From contig JANLHO010000004.1 in assembly GCA_024654485.1 (NCBI GenBank), forward strand, positions 1 to 39,118: a DNA stretch of 39,118 nt, given 5' to 3'. Position 1 is the first letter of the stretch, and each line of letters begins with the position of its first letter. The position numbers were made by a program, and so were the translations under genes. Source of the stretch: Patescibacteria group bacterium. Lineage in GTDB: Bacteria > Patescibacteriota > Minisyncoccia > Phycocordibacterales > UBA2100. The notes beneath the pieces were generated by a model. The model saw only the letters and a program-made list of their open reading frames with translations. It did no database searches and was not told the DNA's origin. This document shows, in pieces, positions 38,971-39,118 of the stretch.

Positions 38971-39118
38971 TCCATCCGTAGCCTTGCCGTGCCCTCCGAA
39001 GCTTCCATCGGAGGACGGGGCGAAGGAGAAGCGAAGCAGGGGAAATCGGTTGAGGTGGCCTGCCTGCCGTAAGCAGGGCGCAGGACGCCGGAAAGCGGCT
39101 CAACCGTACGGTTGAGCC
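38971..39118. repeat. Cluster of nested palindromic repeats
   Basis: Type B nested in type B (38971-39042), type C (39059-39077) and a perfect 22-bp palindrome (39097-39118). Confidence 0.65.

Overview
A gene-dense, fairly GC-rich bacterial chromosome segment with almost every gene on the minus strand. The style suggests a Patescibacteria/CPR (Parcubacteria-like) genome; this is an inference from the compact layout, many small exported or membrane proteins and leaderless genes. Housekeeping genes: glmS (partial), obgE, cyclophilin, alkA-like glycosylase, RluA-family synthase, msrB, typA, DsbA-like, a MacAB-type ABC operon, gpmA-eno, mscS, a DEAD-box helicase and tRNA-Cys. There is also a set of peptidoglycan-active proteins and an AT-richer defence-like patch at the right end (OLD-type ATPase/TOPRIM nuclease, XRE remnant, DUF2726). 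Most notable observations: (1) short palindromic repeats of three types inserted in frame into glmS, msrB, eno and a PRTase, with free or nested copies at the window end; (2) an 820-bp kinase-like cassette bounded by a duplicated alkA 3' end whose copies differ only at synonymous sites; (3) a tRNA-Cys whose CCA supplies the A of the next gene's ATG, that gene encoding a divergent PvcA/DIT1-like protein; (4) a tandem M14 peptidase pair in which one copy has lost its zinc ligands and catalytic Glu; (5) a widespread extended -10 box 6-7 nt before start codons, with long structured leaders seen on typA and the DEAD-box helicase; (6) several small proteins missed by the ORF track. All family calls come from recognising motifs by eye; no searches were run.
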